Shown piece after piece: positions 1-8,794 of a stretch of DNA of 59,538 nucleotides; positions within the stretch are counted from its first letter, which is position 1, and each line of letters opens with the position of its first letter. The translations under genes were made by a program, and so were the position numbers. Origin of the DNA: a virus; the IMG/VR virus record IMGVR_UViG_3300028888_000014, positions 1-59,538 of that record; one strand, given 5' to 3'. The notes below the pieces were generated by a model that made no database searches, had not been told where the DNA came from, and worked only from the letters and a program-made list of their open reading frames with translations.

Positions 1-127
1 ATAAAATCACTGCGCCAAAATCGCGCCAAAGTCTAAACGTCCTTTTGTTGATCGAAAGAAAATGAAAGGATAAAAAAAATGTCGCGTCCGTTTATCGACT
101 TCAAACCCGCACAATATGTTGAGACTA
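1..127. repeat. Left copy of the exact 127-bp terminal overlap
   Basis: Identical by direct comparison to 59412-59538; includes the first 49 nt of the integrase ORF. Confidence 0.95.
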
Positions 128-1200
128 AGACTGATAACTATGTCTCCTATTATGCAAAGAACCCTATGACCGACCGCTTGGAGCGCAAGCGTGTCCGTGT
201 CAATCACATTCACTCAAAGTCCGAACGTCGCAAGTTCGGCCGCCTTCTGGCCTGCGAGATCAACAGCCGTCTCTACAACGGGTGGAACCCATTCGTTGAC
301 GAGCTCAAAGGCCGTGGCTGCAGAACCATCGCCGCCGCTCTGGTCGAGTTCCTGAAGGAAAAGGAGAGATCCTTGAGGCCTGATTCCATGAGGTCCTACC
401 GTTCCTTGTGTGGTATCTTCCGTCTGTGGTGCGATTCGCAGGCACTTTCTGACAAGTTCTGCTTCTCCTTCGACAAGCCCCATGCGTCACGTTTCATGCG
501 TGACACGGATTCCGGCGGTCGCTTGTCCCCTAAAACCTACAACAACTATCTTCGCTTCTTCAGCACCCTTTTCCTTTGGATGGCTAACAAGGGATATGTT
601 TCCGGAAATCCTTTCGACGGTATTGAGCGGAAACGGGTTGACACGAAGATCAGGACAATCATTCCTCCTGCCGACCGCAAACGCATCGTCAATTATTATA
701 TGGATATCGGCCTCCCCGGTTTCGTCACTGTGATGGACCTGTGTTACCGCCTGCTCATCCGACCCAAGGAAATCCTCATGCTCCGCATCCGTGACCTTGA
801 CTTTGACAACGGCCTAATCGTCATCCCGCCTTCGGTCGCCAAGAACCACCATGGCCGCGTGGTGGCCGTACCTGAAGACCTGATGGCGAAGTTCCAGTCT
901 TTGAGGAATAGCAATTCCGATTATCTGATTTTCTCTGAGCATTACGAACCAGGCACAAAATTGCTCACTACACGTGACACGGGGCGTACATGGTCGCAGA
1001 TGCGCGAGGAGCTCGGGCTGCCGAAGTCCTATCAGTTCTACTCTCTCAAAGACACTGGCATCACGGAGATGCTGGATGCCGGTGTTCCGGCCAAGCTGGT
1101 CAAGGAACTTGCGGACCACCATTCGCTTGAAATGACAGAAAAGTATATGCACAAGTCCAATGCCAAAAAGATTCTCTCTTACAACCACTTGCGGCTTTAA
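79..1200 (+). CDS. int: Tyrosine recombinase / phage integrase
   Basis: 373 aa. C-terminal catalytic region LLIRPKEILMLRIRDLD ... ADHHSLEMTEKYMH has the conserved Arg, the H-x-x-R-like segment and the Tyr nucleophile pattern. An N-terminal SAM-like region is present. Confidence 0.9.
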   Translation: MSRPFIDFKPAQYVETKTDNYVSYYAKNPMTDRLERKRVRVNHIHSKSERRKFGRLLACEINSRLYNGWNPFVDELKGRGCRTIAAALVEFLKEKERSLRPDSMRSYRSLCGIFRLWCDSQALSDKFCFSFDKPHASRFMRDTDSGGRLSPKTYNNYLRFFSTLFLWMANKGYVSGNPFDGIERKRVDTKIRTIIPPADRKRIVNYYMDIGLPGFVTVMDLCYRLLIRPKEILMLRIRDLDFDNGLIVIPPSVAKNHHGRVVAVPEDLMAKFQSLRNSNSDYLIFSEHYEPGTKLLTTRDTGRTWSQMREELGLPKSYQFYSLKDTGITEMLDAGVPAKLVKELADHHSLEMTEKYMHKSNAKKILSYNHLRL

Positions 1201-3560
1201 TACACTTTCACCGCCTCGACCTGGCACAGCACCGTGTCATCGCGGTCGTTCTCGATCTGGATGGTGATTCTCTTGGGCACGCTTTTCACGTTGCGCACGA
1301 TCAGGAAGCGGGTTTGCCGCTGCGGGGCGAGCTCTGACGGGCGCAGGAGGTCCTCCACCTGCTGCAGCATGTTCGCGGGGAGCCTGAACTTGTAGGTCAC
1401 CGTCTTGTGGCCGAGCAGCTCCAGTACCGGCCTGACGTACTTTTCGCCGAGGCTGTTCGCGCCCTTGGCGGTGAGGGAGAACCCGTCAGCCCACACGGGC
1501 AGCATCACCTCGCTCTTGAGGTAGGTCAGCGGCTCCTCGCTGGTAGGCTGCCATTCGCGCCGGCGGAAGCCCCGGTACTGGGTGAGGATGATGTCGGATG
1601 GTTTCTCGGAGGCGTTGTAGAGGTCGCTGCAGATCGTGAAGTTGGCCACGGCGAGCTGCGGCGCGTCGCCGGTGGCGGTGTCGATGCCGGGCCGGCGGCG
1701 GCTCAGGCCGAAGATCCGCTGGTGCGGGATCTTTACGGCGGGCTCGCGCCTTTCCTCCTTTCCCTCGCCGACCTCCAGCCGGTCTGGGTTGCCGCTGTGC
1801 TCCTCCCAGCTCTCTGTCCAGTTGTCCGCAGCGCTTTCCTGCACGGCGGCCCGGTAGAGGGTGTTGGTCTTGCGGCGCAGCACCAGGTGCTCATGGCAGG
1901 CGTAGGCGTCGGGGAGTCTCATGTCCACGTCGGGCAGGCGCAGGTCCTCGCTGTATCCCTCGTCGGTGAGCGGGGTGAGGCGGAAGGTGCGCATGGTCTC
2001 CTCCCCCTCGGCCACCTCGGTCTCGCGGGTCAGCTCATAGGCGGTCAGGTCAAGGCTGTGCGCGTGGCGCAGCATGGCGTAGGGCACCAGCTCGGCCAGG
2101 CCGGTCTTCGCGCTCACGAACCAGCACAGCCCCATGGTTTCGAGCAGTGTCTTCAGGAACGATGCGTTGGAGACGTCGGGCAGCAGCTCTGGGATGCGGA
2201 AGGCGCGGCGGAAGATGTTGAAGCCGGTCAGCACCGTGTCGCGGCCGACCTGGTGCAGCACGACCTCCCATTTCAGGTTCACCGCCTGATAGATGTAACG
2301 TGTCCCCCACGGCTTTTTGCAGAACATGACGAGACGTATGCCGCTTGCCGACAGCACGTCGTTGATGTAGAGTTTTACGCTTTTCGTCCTGTTGTCGCAT
2401 TTCCACATCGCCAGGGTGTTGGTCTCGTCCAGCGTGATCAGATCCGTGTTTTCAGAATATATGGCCATTCGGAATCCGAAAGAATTGATTTCCGCTTTCT
2501 GCCGGCTGCTGGCGTTTGTGCTCCAGTGGTTCAGTACATCCTGTCTGTCTTTGGCCGTGTGCAACGGCGTGAGGGCGACTTCCCACCAGCCGGTCTGCAG
2601 CAGTTGCAGGTCGCCGTCTGCGGTGACATGGATGCCTGTCTCGGAATCCTCCGAATCCAGCATGTAGTGGACGTCTCCGTCCTGGCCATGGAGAACGTTG
2701 TAGGTCTCCGTCCTGAAGGTGCTGTCCTCGCCCCCGTACTGCGCCATGGTGCCGTCGAGCGACTTCTGCGACTGCAGGTAGGTGTCGTTGAAGTCCTCGC
2801 CAAGGTGGTTCACGAAGGTGTAGCCCGCGTTGCGGCACCAGATTTCCAGGATCCTTGCCAGACGGATCTGCGGGCAGAAGGCCAGCTGGTTGATCTCGGT
2901 GTACTGCGTGGTGACCGGGCTCCCGTCCGCGTCCGTTCCGTCTTCTTTTTCCAGTTCGAACCATCGGTTGGCGGTCTGTGAGAAGGCGCGGCCTGTGCTT
3001 TCGATGAGTTCGCCGGCGGGGTTGTGGAAAAGGCTGTTGACGATTTTCGTTCGGGCGTGGCCTCTCCAAAAGCCCCAGTTTTCGTTGTCGGACCCGTAGC
3101 CCTCGTCGTTGAGGAAAGGGGCGAACTTGATGTCGGGGTCGTCCTTGGCGGCAGCAAGGAACCTCGCCCAAGCCGCCGTGTGGGTCTCCCGCGTCTGGGA
3201 GATGATGATTTGAGGGTCCGCGTCCTCGGTGAGGCTGCGGTCGGCGAAGCCGTCCGGATAGGGGTTGAGCACGAGTGCGGCGGTGACGGTCTCGGGGGTG
3301 TTTTTCTGCACCACGAGGGTTCCGTTCCAGGCGAGGCCGCCGGAGGCCGTCACTGTGCAGGGCAGGCGGCGGGAGCCTTCGCATTGCGGGATGTGGGCGA
3401 AGCCCAACGCGGCCTCGTTGCCCTGCACGGGCAGGGAGAAGGCGAAGGTGACGTCGCCTTCGATGTCGGGTGCGGCGAACAGCGCGTTGTTGAGCTCCAC
3501 GGTCAGCGCGGTGCCCCGCCGCAGGGAGAGTGTGTGACCGTTGACTTGGATCTTGATCAT
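1197..3560 (-). CDS. Large distal tail / virion-associated protein (787 aa, function unknown)
   Basis: ATG start. It is the last gene of late operon 2, has the same high GC as the core structural genes and follows the fibre array. Confidence 0.55.
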   Translation of the reverse strand: MIKIQVNGHTLSLRRGTALTVELNNALFAAPDIEGDVTFAFSLPVQGNEAALGFAHIPQCEGSRRLPCTVTASGGLAWNGTLVVQKNTPETVTAALVLNPYPDGFADRSLTEDADPQIIISQTRETHTAAWARFLAAAKDDPDIKFAPFLNDEGYGSDNENWGFWRGHARTKIVNSLFHNPAGELIESTGRAFSQTANRWFELEKEDGTDADGSPVTTQYTEINQLAFCPQIRLARILEIWCRNAGYTFVNHLGEDFNDTYLQSQKSLDGTMAQYGGEDSTFRTETYNVLHGQDGDVHYMLDSEDSETGIHVTADGDLQLLQTGWWEVALTPLHTAKDRQDVLNHWSTNASSRQKAEINSFGFRMAIYSENTDLITLDETNTLAMWKCDNRTKSVKLYINDVLSASGIRLVMFCKKPWGTRYIYQAVNLKWEVVLHQVGRDTVLTGFNIFRRAFRIPELLPDVSNASFLKTLLETMGLCWFVSAKTGLAELVPYAMLRHAHSLDLTAYELTRETEVAEGEETMRTFRLTPLTDEGYSEDLRLPDVDMRLPDAYACHEHLVLRRKTNTLYRAAVQESAADNWTESWEEHSGNPDRLEVGEGKEERREPAVKIPHQRIFGLSRRRPGIDTATGDAPQLAVANFTICSDLYNASEKPSDIILTQYRGFRRREWQPTSEEPLTYLKSEVMLPVWADGFSLTAKGANSLGEKYVRPVLELLGHKTVTYKFRLPANMLQQVEDLLRPSELAPQRQTRFLIVRNVKSVPKRITIQIENDRDDTVLCQVEAVKVY

Positions 3561-3563
3561 GGC

Positions 3564-4214
3564 TTATGCGTATAAAAATGTTCCTGTGCCCTGATTGTAA
3601 AATGTATTCTTCGACACATAATCATACATGCACGGTACTCCTTGTGAATCCTGAACAGGAACAAAATAACCGACAAGTTTGTTAATGTCTTTGCGTCTAA
3701 ACTTTACATAATAAATTCTCCAAGACGAACGTGTAATGGCACCGTTTCCTTCAACTCCGGCAAACAGCAAAATTTTATTTGTCAATCCTTGTGCTGTTAT
3801 ATCGGGGATGGTTCCTTTTACTTCACCATTACAAATAATTTGGTTGTAATCATTATTATATATTACAACATTTATTTTTGTTAAATCCGTCAATTGTAGT
3901 CTTATAGGAGTGTTTGATTTTGTAACCGAACAAAGATAATTACTAGCAGAAGCATCATCTCTATCATGAATATGTGATGAAATATAATATCTGTTATTGT
4001 TTGCATTCCAACAACCTCCAACCAATTGTAATTTATAGGTAGGTTGGGACACTTGGCACTCCTTAAACTTTATTTCTGTTTCTAATTTATAAGTATCTAT
4101 CCCCGTGTTAATATATTGTCCTGTGCTACCTGAGGGATTGCCGTTACTTTCAAGATAGTTCAACAGCGTATAACCAGCTGGTATTGTGCCTTGTTGATAG
4201 TGATTTCTTCTCAT
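3564..4214 (-). CDS. Jelly-roll-type receptor-binding-like protein (216 aa), low-GC cassette member 3
   Basis: Starts MRR with an ATGA overlap onto the upstream gene. Motifs LLNYLESNG..STGQYINTGI and C-terminal GVPCMYDYVSKNTFYNQGTGTF recall prophage fibre-tip proteins. The gene is AT-rich. Confidence 0.5.
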   Translation of the reverse strand: MRRNHYQQGTIPAGYTLLNYLESNGNPSGSTGQYINTGIDTYKLETEIKFKECQVSQPTYKLQLVGGCWNANNNRYYISSHIHDRDDASASNYLCSVTKSNTPIRLQLTDLTKINVVIYNNDYNQIICNGEVKGTIPDITAQGLTNKILLFAGVEGNGAITRSSWRIYYVKFRRKDINKLVGYFVPVQDSQGVPCMYDYVSKNTFYNQGTGTFLYA

Positions 4215-4846
4215 ATCGCTGCTATTTGTTCGTCAGTAAGTTCAACGTTATATGTTCTTAAGTTTCTTATGTAACCTTTGAACCTCCCTGTGCTGCTGTT
4301 CTCTATTCTTCCAATGCAAAGATAACGCAATCGTCTGTTAGACGGAATACATATCGTTCCATGGTTTCTATGTTCTCCGTTTATGAAAAGGTCAGAGGTG
4401 TTTTGCGAGAGATTCTGTCGAATTGTAATTCTATAGTGTTTGTTCACTGTAAACGGGACTTCCGCCAAAGACAAGGCTGTATAAGTGCTTGATGCGCTAT
4501 AAATGCTACAATTGAGGTCTTGTCCCCAGTCTGGAGCATAGAAAACATTTATTGCGCCAGCATTCTCGAACAGCATTCTAACGCCTCGATACACCCCCGA
4601 TGCATAAAAGACGGGGAACATATATTCAAAGTCAACAACCGCAAACTCACTGTTAGGAACCTGCAATGATTGTTGAAATCCTGCTACCGAGCCGTTGAAG
4701 AATGCGCCATCGGCATTGAATCCAGCACAGCTCCCGCTCAAGGTTCCCCAGTCCCCAGTCACATCTGTCGCATTTGCCGTTAACGGGAAGAAGTGTGATG
4801 GTTCAGGCACGGACGGCTCTATGGTTTGATTAAATCCTCTTCTCAT
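4211..4846 (-). CDS. LamG / concanavalin-A-like lectin-domain protein (211 aa), cassette member 2
   Basis: C-terminal GYIRNLRTYNVELTDEQIAAI matches the LamG-type signature. Starts MRR, has an ATGA overlap and is AT-rich. Confidence 0.6.
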   Translation of the reverse strand: MRRGFNQTIEPSVPEPSHFFPLTANATDVTGDWGTLSGSCAGFNADGAFFNGSVAGFQQSLQVPNSEFAVVDFEYMFPVFYASGVYRGVRMLFENAGAINVFYAPDWGQDLNCSIYSASSTYTALSLAEVPFTVNKHYRITIRQNLSQNTSDLFINGEHRNHGTICIPSNRRLRYLCIGRIENSSTGRFKGYIRNLRTYNVELTDEQIAAI

Positions 4847-5505
4847 AGTTGTGCTAATTCATTTTCACTAAGTGCTCTATTATAAATACGAATATCTTTC
4901 AAGTAAACCTTATAATTCGTATCATTACTATCCCGTTTTGGGTTAAGCGAAACACGTTGTTTCATTATTGGTGTCCAATTCTGTGGGTCTATTACACTTC
5001 CTAATGATAAATTATTTTCACCAAATACATAATGTACACCAGCATCATCAATATAATAGGCTGAATACTCAGGAGCCATCGTGGCTGACTTAGTAGCAAC
5101 AAAGGCGCGTTTTTTCCGAAGCCCTCTAGTCGTATTGCTCTCATTTCTTATACATGCAACGCTTGGACGCCATGAGGTAGTGTCCGAATACCCACCTATG
5201 ACTACGTAGGGTGGATAGTTATAGTATCCATAGGTTTGTGCTTGACAGTCAACGAATATGGTGTATCTACACTGTTGGATTCCTGCTGCATACAAGTTTA
5301 CTGGGAAGTAAATTTCATTGGTTTTTGACATTTTGCTGAACAAATACATTCCCCTTTCACTATCAAACACAACTCCACCTGAAGGATATACCAATGATTG
5401 TCCGCTCACATGGTCTGTAAGATCCCCCTCGGTCAACGGTGCAAAAAATACAAGATTTTCTTCGAACGGTATTCCGCCGCCTTTTTCAAATGTTTCTCGT
5501 CTCAT
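4843..5505 (-). CDS. LamG / concanavalin-A-like lectin-domain protein (220 aa from ATG 5505), cassette member 1
   Basis: C-terminal YLKDIRIYNRALSENELAQL is the classic LamG_3-type motif. The ATG at 5505 gives an MRR start like its two neighbours. The track start at 5718 is GTG and overlaps the upstream gene by 50 nt. Confidence 0.6.
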   Translation of the reverse strand: MRRETFEKGGGIPFEENLVFFAPLTEGDLTDHVSGQSLVYPSGGVVFDSERGMYLFSKMSKTNEIYFPVNLYAAGIQQCRYTIFVDCQAQTYGYYNYPPYVVIGGYSDTTSWRPSVACIRNESNTTRGLRKKRAFVATKSATMAPEYSAYYIDDAGVHYVFGENNLSLGSVIDPQNWTPIMKQRVSLNPKRDSNDTNYKVYLKDIRIYNRALSENELAQL

Positions 5506-5668
5506 TGCCAGCCTCCTTTCGCCCAGCTGCTGTCCGCCGTCCATTGCGTTGTGATTGAAGGCGCAGAAACCCGCGAGATTGTCATGTACCTGCACAGCGA
5601 CAATGCCGCGCAGAGCAGCAATGCCGCGATGACCGCCTTTATAAGTTTCGAGTCTATACTTAATGTCC

Positions 5669-6172
5669 TCATAACTCCTCCATTGCTTGGTTATACACTT
5701 CGTCAATCGCTTCAACACTTGATGCCGCCTCTATCCTCGGCTTGTATGTGACGTACACGGTCATTGCCTTCTTGCTCTGCGTGCGGAAGTCGCTGACAAC
5801 ACGCTGTGCTTCGGCCAAGCCGTAATAACAGCTTGCCGTGGGATTCTCAACTTTATCGATAGCCACAGCGAATTCCAATGTCGTGACCGTCACCGATAAG
5901 TAACATACCTCTTTGAGTTCTTTGACTTTCTCTGCTGCGTATTCTTGCACATCGGGAGTCGGCGGCACGTATGGCGGCACAAGCTCGCAGTCCCATACCT
6001 CCATCACGGTCGCGTCTGGGTGTTCGAGATAAAACTCACGCTGTTCAGTTGTCATCTCTTGATAGATGCGATTGAGGATCGTGTTGACGTGCACGGCTGT
6101 GACTTTTATCTCATACGGCTTTCCGAGCCGCATTTTGAAATAGTAATATTGTTCGTTGTCTCTCAATGCCAT
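5669..6172 (-). CDS. Hypothetical protein (167 aa)
   Basis: ATG start, ordinary amino-acid composition, located in the tail module. Confidence 0.55.
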   Translation of the reverse strand: MALRDNEQYYYFKMRLGKPYEIKVTAVHVNTILNRIYQEMTTEQREFYLEHPDATVMEVWDCELVPPYVPPTPDVQEYAAEKVKELKEVCYLSVTVTTLEFAVAIDKVENPTASCYYGLAEAQRVVSDFRTQSKKAMTVYVTYKPRIEAASSVEAIDEVYNQAMEEL

Positions 6173-6174
6173 TT

Positions 6175-6291
6175 TTAATACTTTTTTGATTTAATCCACA
6201 GAACCAGAATCACGATTCCGATAATTACCAAGCCAACGCCCGCAAAGACGGCGTCCCATAACAGTTCTTGCTTTAAAAATTCAATATCCAT
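6175..6291 (-). CDS. Small single-pass membrane protein (38 aa), not in the ORF track
   Basis: My own translation is MDIEFLKQELLWDAVFAGVGLVIIGIVILVLWIKSKKY, a hydrophobic core followed by a KSKK tail. It fills the 6173-6296 gap. Confidence 0.35.
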   Translation of the reverse strand: MDIEFLKQELLWDAVFAGVGLVIIGIVILVLWIKSKKY

Positions 6292-6296
6292 AGTCG

Positions 6297-7391
6297 TTAC
6301 AATGATAAATCGTTACGTGTTGTTATGAAAGCGCCGTCGCTGTTGACTAATATACCTATTTCGCATACGCCGCCGGCGGGGACGGTGATGCCGTCGGATG
6401 GCACATAGACGTTGGACACGGAGGTACCTGATAGCGTCACCGCGCTGATGGTCACGTCAACCTCTGAAGAGCCGCTGTTGCGGATCCAGAGGTAGTTGTC
6501 GGAGAGGTTGTTGCAGGCGATGGACAGTCCGAGGTCGGCGGAGACGGTGAGCATCCGAGTGCATCGTTGCCCGGCTGCGAAGGTGACGGTGGCCGCGCTT
6601 CCGCTGATTGTGGTGTTGGCGGTGTGGGTGAAGTCGTGTTCGGTGAGACCGCCTGTGCCGGAACCTTTAGACACCCATTCCAGTCCGTCGGCTTCGGAGT
6701 TGACGGCCAGCACCTTCCCCGCGTTGCCCGTTTTGGACGGTAATTGCTCGTTGGGGACTTCGATGTTGAGGGTCTTGTCGGCGGAGGCATTGGAGGTGAA
6801 GGTGCCGATGGTTGTGCCGTTGAGCTGGATGGTCAGTGTGGCGTTGTTCACCGTGGGAATCGTCGGCTTGTTGCGCAGGTCGTTGTAGCTGCCCGTCTTG
6901 GCGACCCTGTGCAGGTTCACCGCCCCCGCCAGTGACTCCGAGCTCTGCGCCGTCTGCGCCGTCGAATTGTCGGTGTTTAGCGTGCCGGCAGAAGAGGAAC
7001 CTGTTGGTATAAGTTCTCCTGACATAGACCACCTGTCTTCAAGAGTGGAATGATTGTATTGTCCATAAGCATGAGTAATAAATAAATCACTGGAGAACAG
7101 TTGTGTAGTAACACTTTGAAAAACTACAAGTCCTGATTCTACGTGTATGCATGGTATCACATCCATATCTGAACCTTCATAAGGCTGACATTTCAGAAGC
7201 ACTATCTTTCCTTCACGAAACAAGGTGTAGATGTCGCTTATTGACTTGTCACAACTATATACCCCGTTGGTGTCTTTTGTCAGTTCCACAATCACTATGT
7301 CTGGAATATCCTCCTGCACCGCCTGCAGGGCGGTGTTGATCCAGCCCAACACCCGTTCGATGTTGCCCTTTGTGATCAATTTGTCATTCAT
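6297..7391 (-). CDS. Tail fibre protein (364 aa)
   Basis: Fibre motifs VAKTGSYNDLRNKPTIPT and GNAGKVLAVNSEADGLEWV, the latter shared with the 496-aa fibre. The N-terminal third is AT-rich and the remainder GC-rich. Confidence 0.65.
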   Translation of the reverse strand: MNDKLITKGNIERVLGWINTALQAVQEDIPDIVIVELTKDTNGVYSCDKSISDIYTLFREGKIVLLKCQPYEGSDMDVIPCIHVESGLVVFQSVTTQLFSSDLFITHAYGQYNHSTLEDRWSMSGELIPTGSSSAGTLNTDNSTAQTAQSSESLAGAVNLHRVAKTGSYNDLRNKPTIPTVNNATLTIQLNGTTIGTFTSNASADKTLNIEVPNEQLPSKTGNAGKVLAVNSEADGLEWVSKGSGTGGLTEHDFTHTANTTISGSAATVTFAAGQRCTRMLTVSADLGLSIACNNLSDNYLWIRNSGSSEVDVTISAVTLSGTSVSNVYVPSDGITVPAGGVCEIGILVNSDGAFITTRNDLSL

Positions 7392-7403
7392 GGCGCGTTC
7401 TCC

Positions 7404-8123
7404 TTAGTTGCTGCCGAACATGTCGTCGATCTCGCTGTTGGAGGCGATCACCAGCTTGGCCGTCTTGCCGGTGATGGCGGCCGTGTTGTTGGCGTCGGTG
7501 CCGCCCGTGGCCACCTCGATGGACTCTATGACGTTCACCTGTGCGCCCTCGGCGATGCCCGCCAGCTTGTTCTTCTCCACCGTGGTGTAGTCGTTCGAGG
7601 AGAGCCCCTTGCCAGTCTCCTTGTCCACCTTGTCCGCCAGGGCGGTGGTCATGGCGGCGGTCGTCGCGTAGCCGTAGTCCTCCACGATGGCGCGGATCTG
7701 CGCCTCGGTCTTGAAGCCGCTCACCGCGCTGGCGATGGCCGCGTTCATCTGCTCGGTGGTGCTGTAGCCCGACAGGTCGATGTCGGTGCTGCCGATCTTC
7801 TCCCACTTGTAGGCGTTGCCGTCCTGGATGGTGATGTACTCGTCCTTCACGTTCTGCCCGGCACCGCCCGTGGCGGGCACCAGCCAGATCTTGTGCATGG
7901 TGCTTTCCGCCGCCGTGGGCAGCGCGGCCACGCTCTCGTAGGTGAACTGCTTCACGGCGTTCACGAGCGCCTCGATCTCCGTCTTGGTGTAGGTCTCGGT
8001 CTTCAGGTAGTAGTTGGTCAGGTCGTCCACCGCCTTGGTGACGAACCCCTTGACGGCTATGGCCGCTTCCATCTTGGTCTTGAACTCAGCCATGTTGCTG
8101 AGCGTGATGAGTTTTTCTTTCAT
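7404..8123 (-). CDS. Tail fibre protein (239 aa)
   Basis: KGLSSNDYTTVEKNKLAGI is a common phage fibre repeat. The N-terminus MKEKLIT resembles MNDKLIT of the next fibre. Confidence 0.65.
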   Translation of the reverse strand: MKEKLITLSNMAEFKTKMEAAIAVKGFVTKAVDDLTNYYLKTETYTKTEIEALVNAVKQFTYESVAALPTAAESTMHKIWLVPATGGAGQNVKDEYITIQDGNAYKWEKIGSTDIDLSGYSTTEQMNAAIASAVSGFKTEAQIRAIVEDYGYATTAAMTTALADKVDKETGKGLSSNDYTTVEKNKLAGIAEGAQVNVIESIEVATGGTDANNTAAITGKTAKLVIASNSEIDDMFGSN

Positions 8124-8168
8124 TCTTGTCTTTTTTTTGGTGATAAGTGGTTATTCGTTTTTCGGCCG

Positions 8169-8399
8169 TCACTCGAACAGGCCGTCTATGTCCTCGTCGG
8201 TGGCGGTCTCGAAGTCTGCGTCCCACGATTCGCCGGGGTCGCCCTTGTCGCCCTTGTCGCCTTTCTCGCCCTTGTCGCCCTTGAACCAGCGGCCGAAGGT
8301 GATGACGGCCGACTGTTCCGCATCGGCGGCGCAGGCGGCGTCGATGCGCAGCGAGGGCTGCGAGAGGGTGATGGTCATTGTCAGTTCGCTGATGGTCAT
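8169..8399 (-). CDS. Small collagen-like repeat protein (76 aa)
   Basis: Contains G-X-Y run GDKGEKGDKGDKGDPG, encoded by a 9-bp tandem repeat. Confidence 0.55.
   Translation of the reverse strand: MTISELTMTITLSQPSLRIDAACAADAEQSAVITFGRWFKGDKGEKGDKGDKGDPGESWDADFETATDEDIDGLFE
8238..8282. repeat. 9-bp tandem repeat x5 (gtcgccctt) encoding the collagen-like G-X-Y run
   Basis: Read directly from the sequence; in frame with CDS 8169-8399. Confidence 0.8.
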
Positions 8400-8408
8400 G
8401 TCGTCGGT

Positions 8409-8762
8409 CTATTTGAGGTTTTGGGTTGCGGGTTCGCCCTCCCAGACCACGGGCACGGCGTTCTCGCCGGCGTTGACGTACGAGAGGTCGGGCGCGTAGA
8501 TGACGGCGCGGAGGGTGGTGGCGCCGGCCATGCGGCGGGTCATCTCGTGGGGGAGTTCGACGAGCAGGTGGGTGTCGTCGATGCGCGTGAGGCCGCCTCC
8601 TGAGATGGTGGCCTCGAAGAGGGGCTTGCCGTATGGCGAGTAGAAGCCGATCTTCACGTCCATGCCCTCGGGCAGCGGCTCGGAGATCTTCACCGCCACG
8701 GTGGTGCTGTCGCCCTGCCGCTGGGTGATGGGGTGTGGTCTGTCGGGGTGGTTCGGGTTCAT
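8409..8762 (-). CDS. Hypothetical tail-module protein (117 aa)
   Basis: ATG start, plausible composition, lies between fibre genes. Confidence 0.5.
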   Translation of the reverse strand: MNPNHPDRPHPITQRQGDSTTVAVKISEPLPEGMDVKIGFYSPYGKPLFEATISGGGLTRIDDTHLLVELPHEMTRRMAGATTLRAVIYAPDLSYVNAGENAVPVVWEGEPATQNLK

Positions 8763-8794
8763 ATCGTTGGTTTTGTACGTTTCTGATTTATTGA

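Noticed and set aside
1-127. The terminal repeat considered as a biological direct terminal repeat (T7- or T5-like genome ends).
   Set aside because: It is exactly 127 bp, a common assembler k-mer length. It splits the integrase gene and carries no recognisable terminus features. Read-level data are needed for certainty.
1407-2981. Long antisense or alternative-frame ORFs in GC-rich regions. Examples: 1407-2981 (+), 524 aa; 12342-13715 (+), 457 aa; 32977-34998 (+), 673 aa; 46269-48458 (+), 729 aa; 46222-47634 (-), 470 aa; 12676-13746 (-), 356 aa.
   Set aside because: Their translations are dominated by Arg/Gly/Pro/Ala/His runs typical of shadow frames in high-GC DNA. They lie entirely inside better ORFs with normal composition and recognisable motifs.
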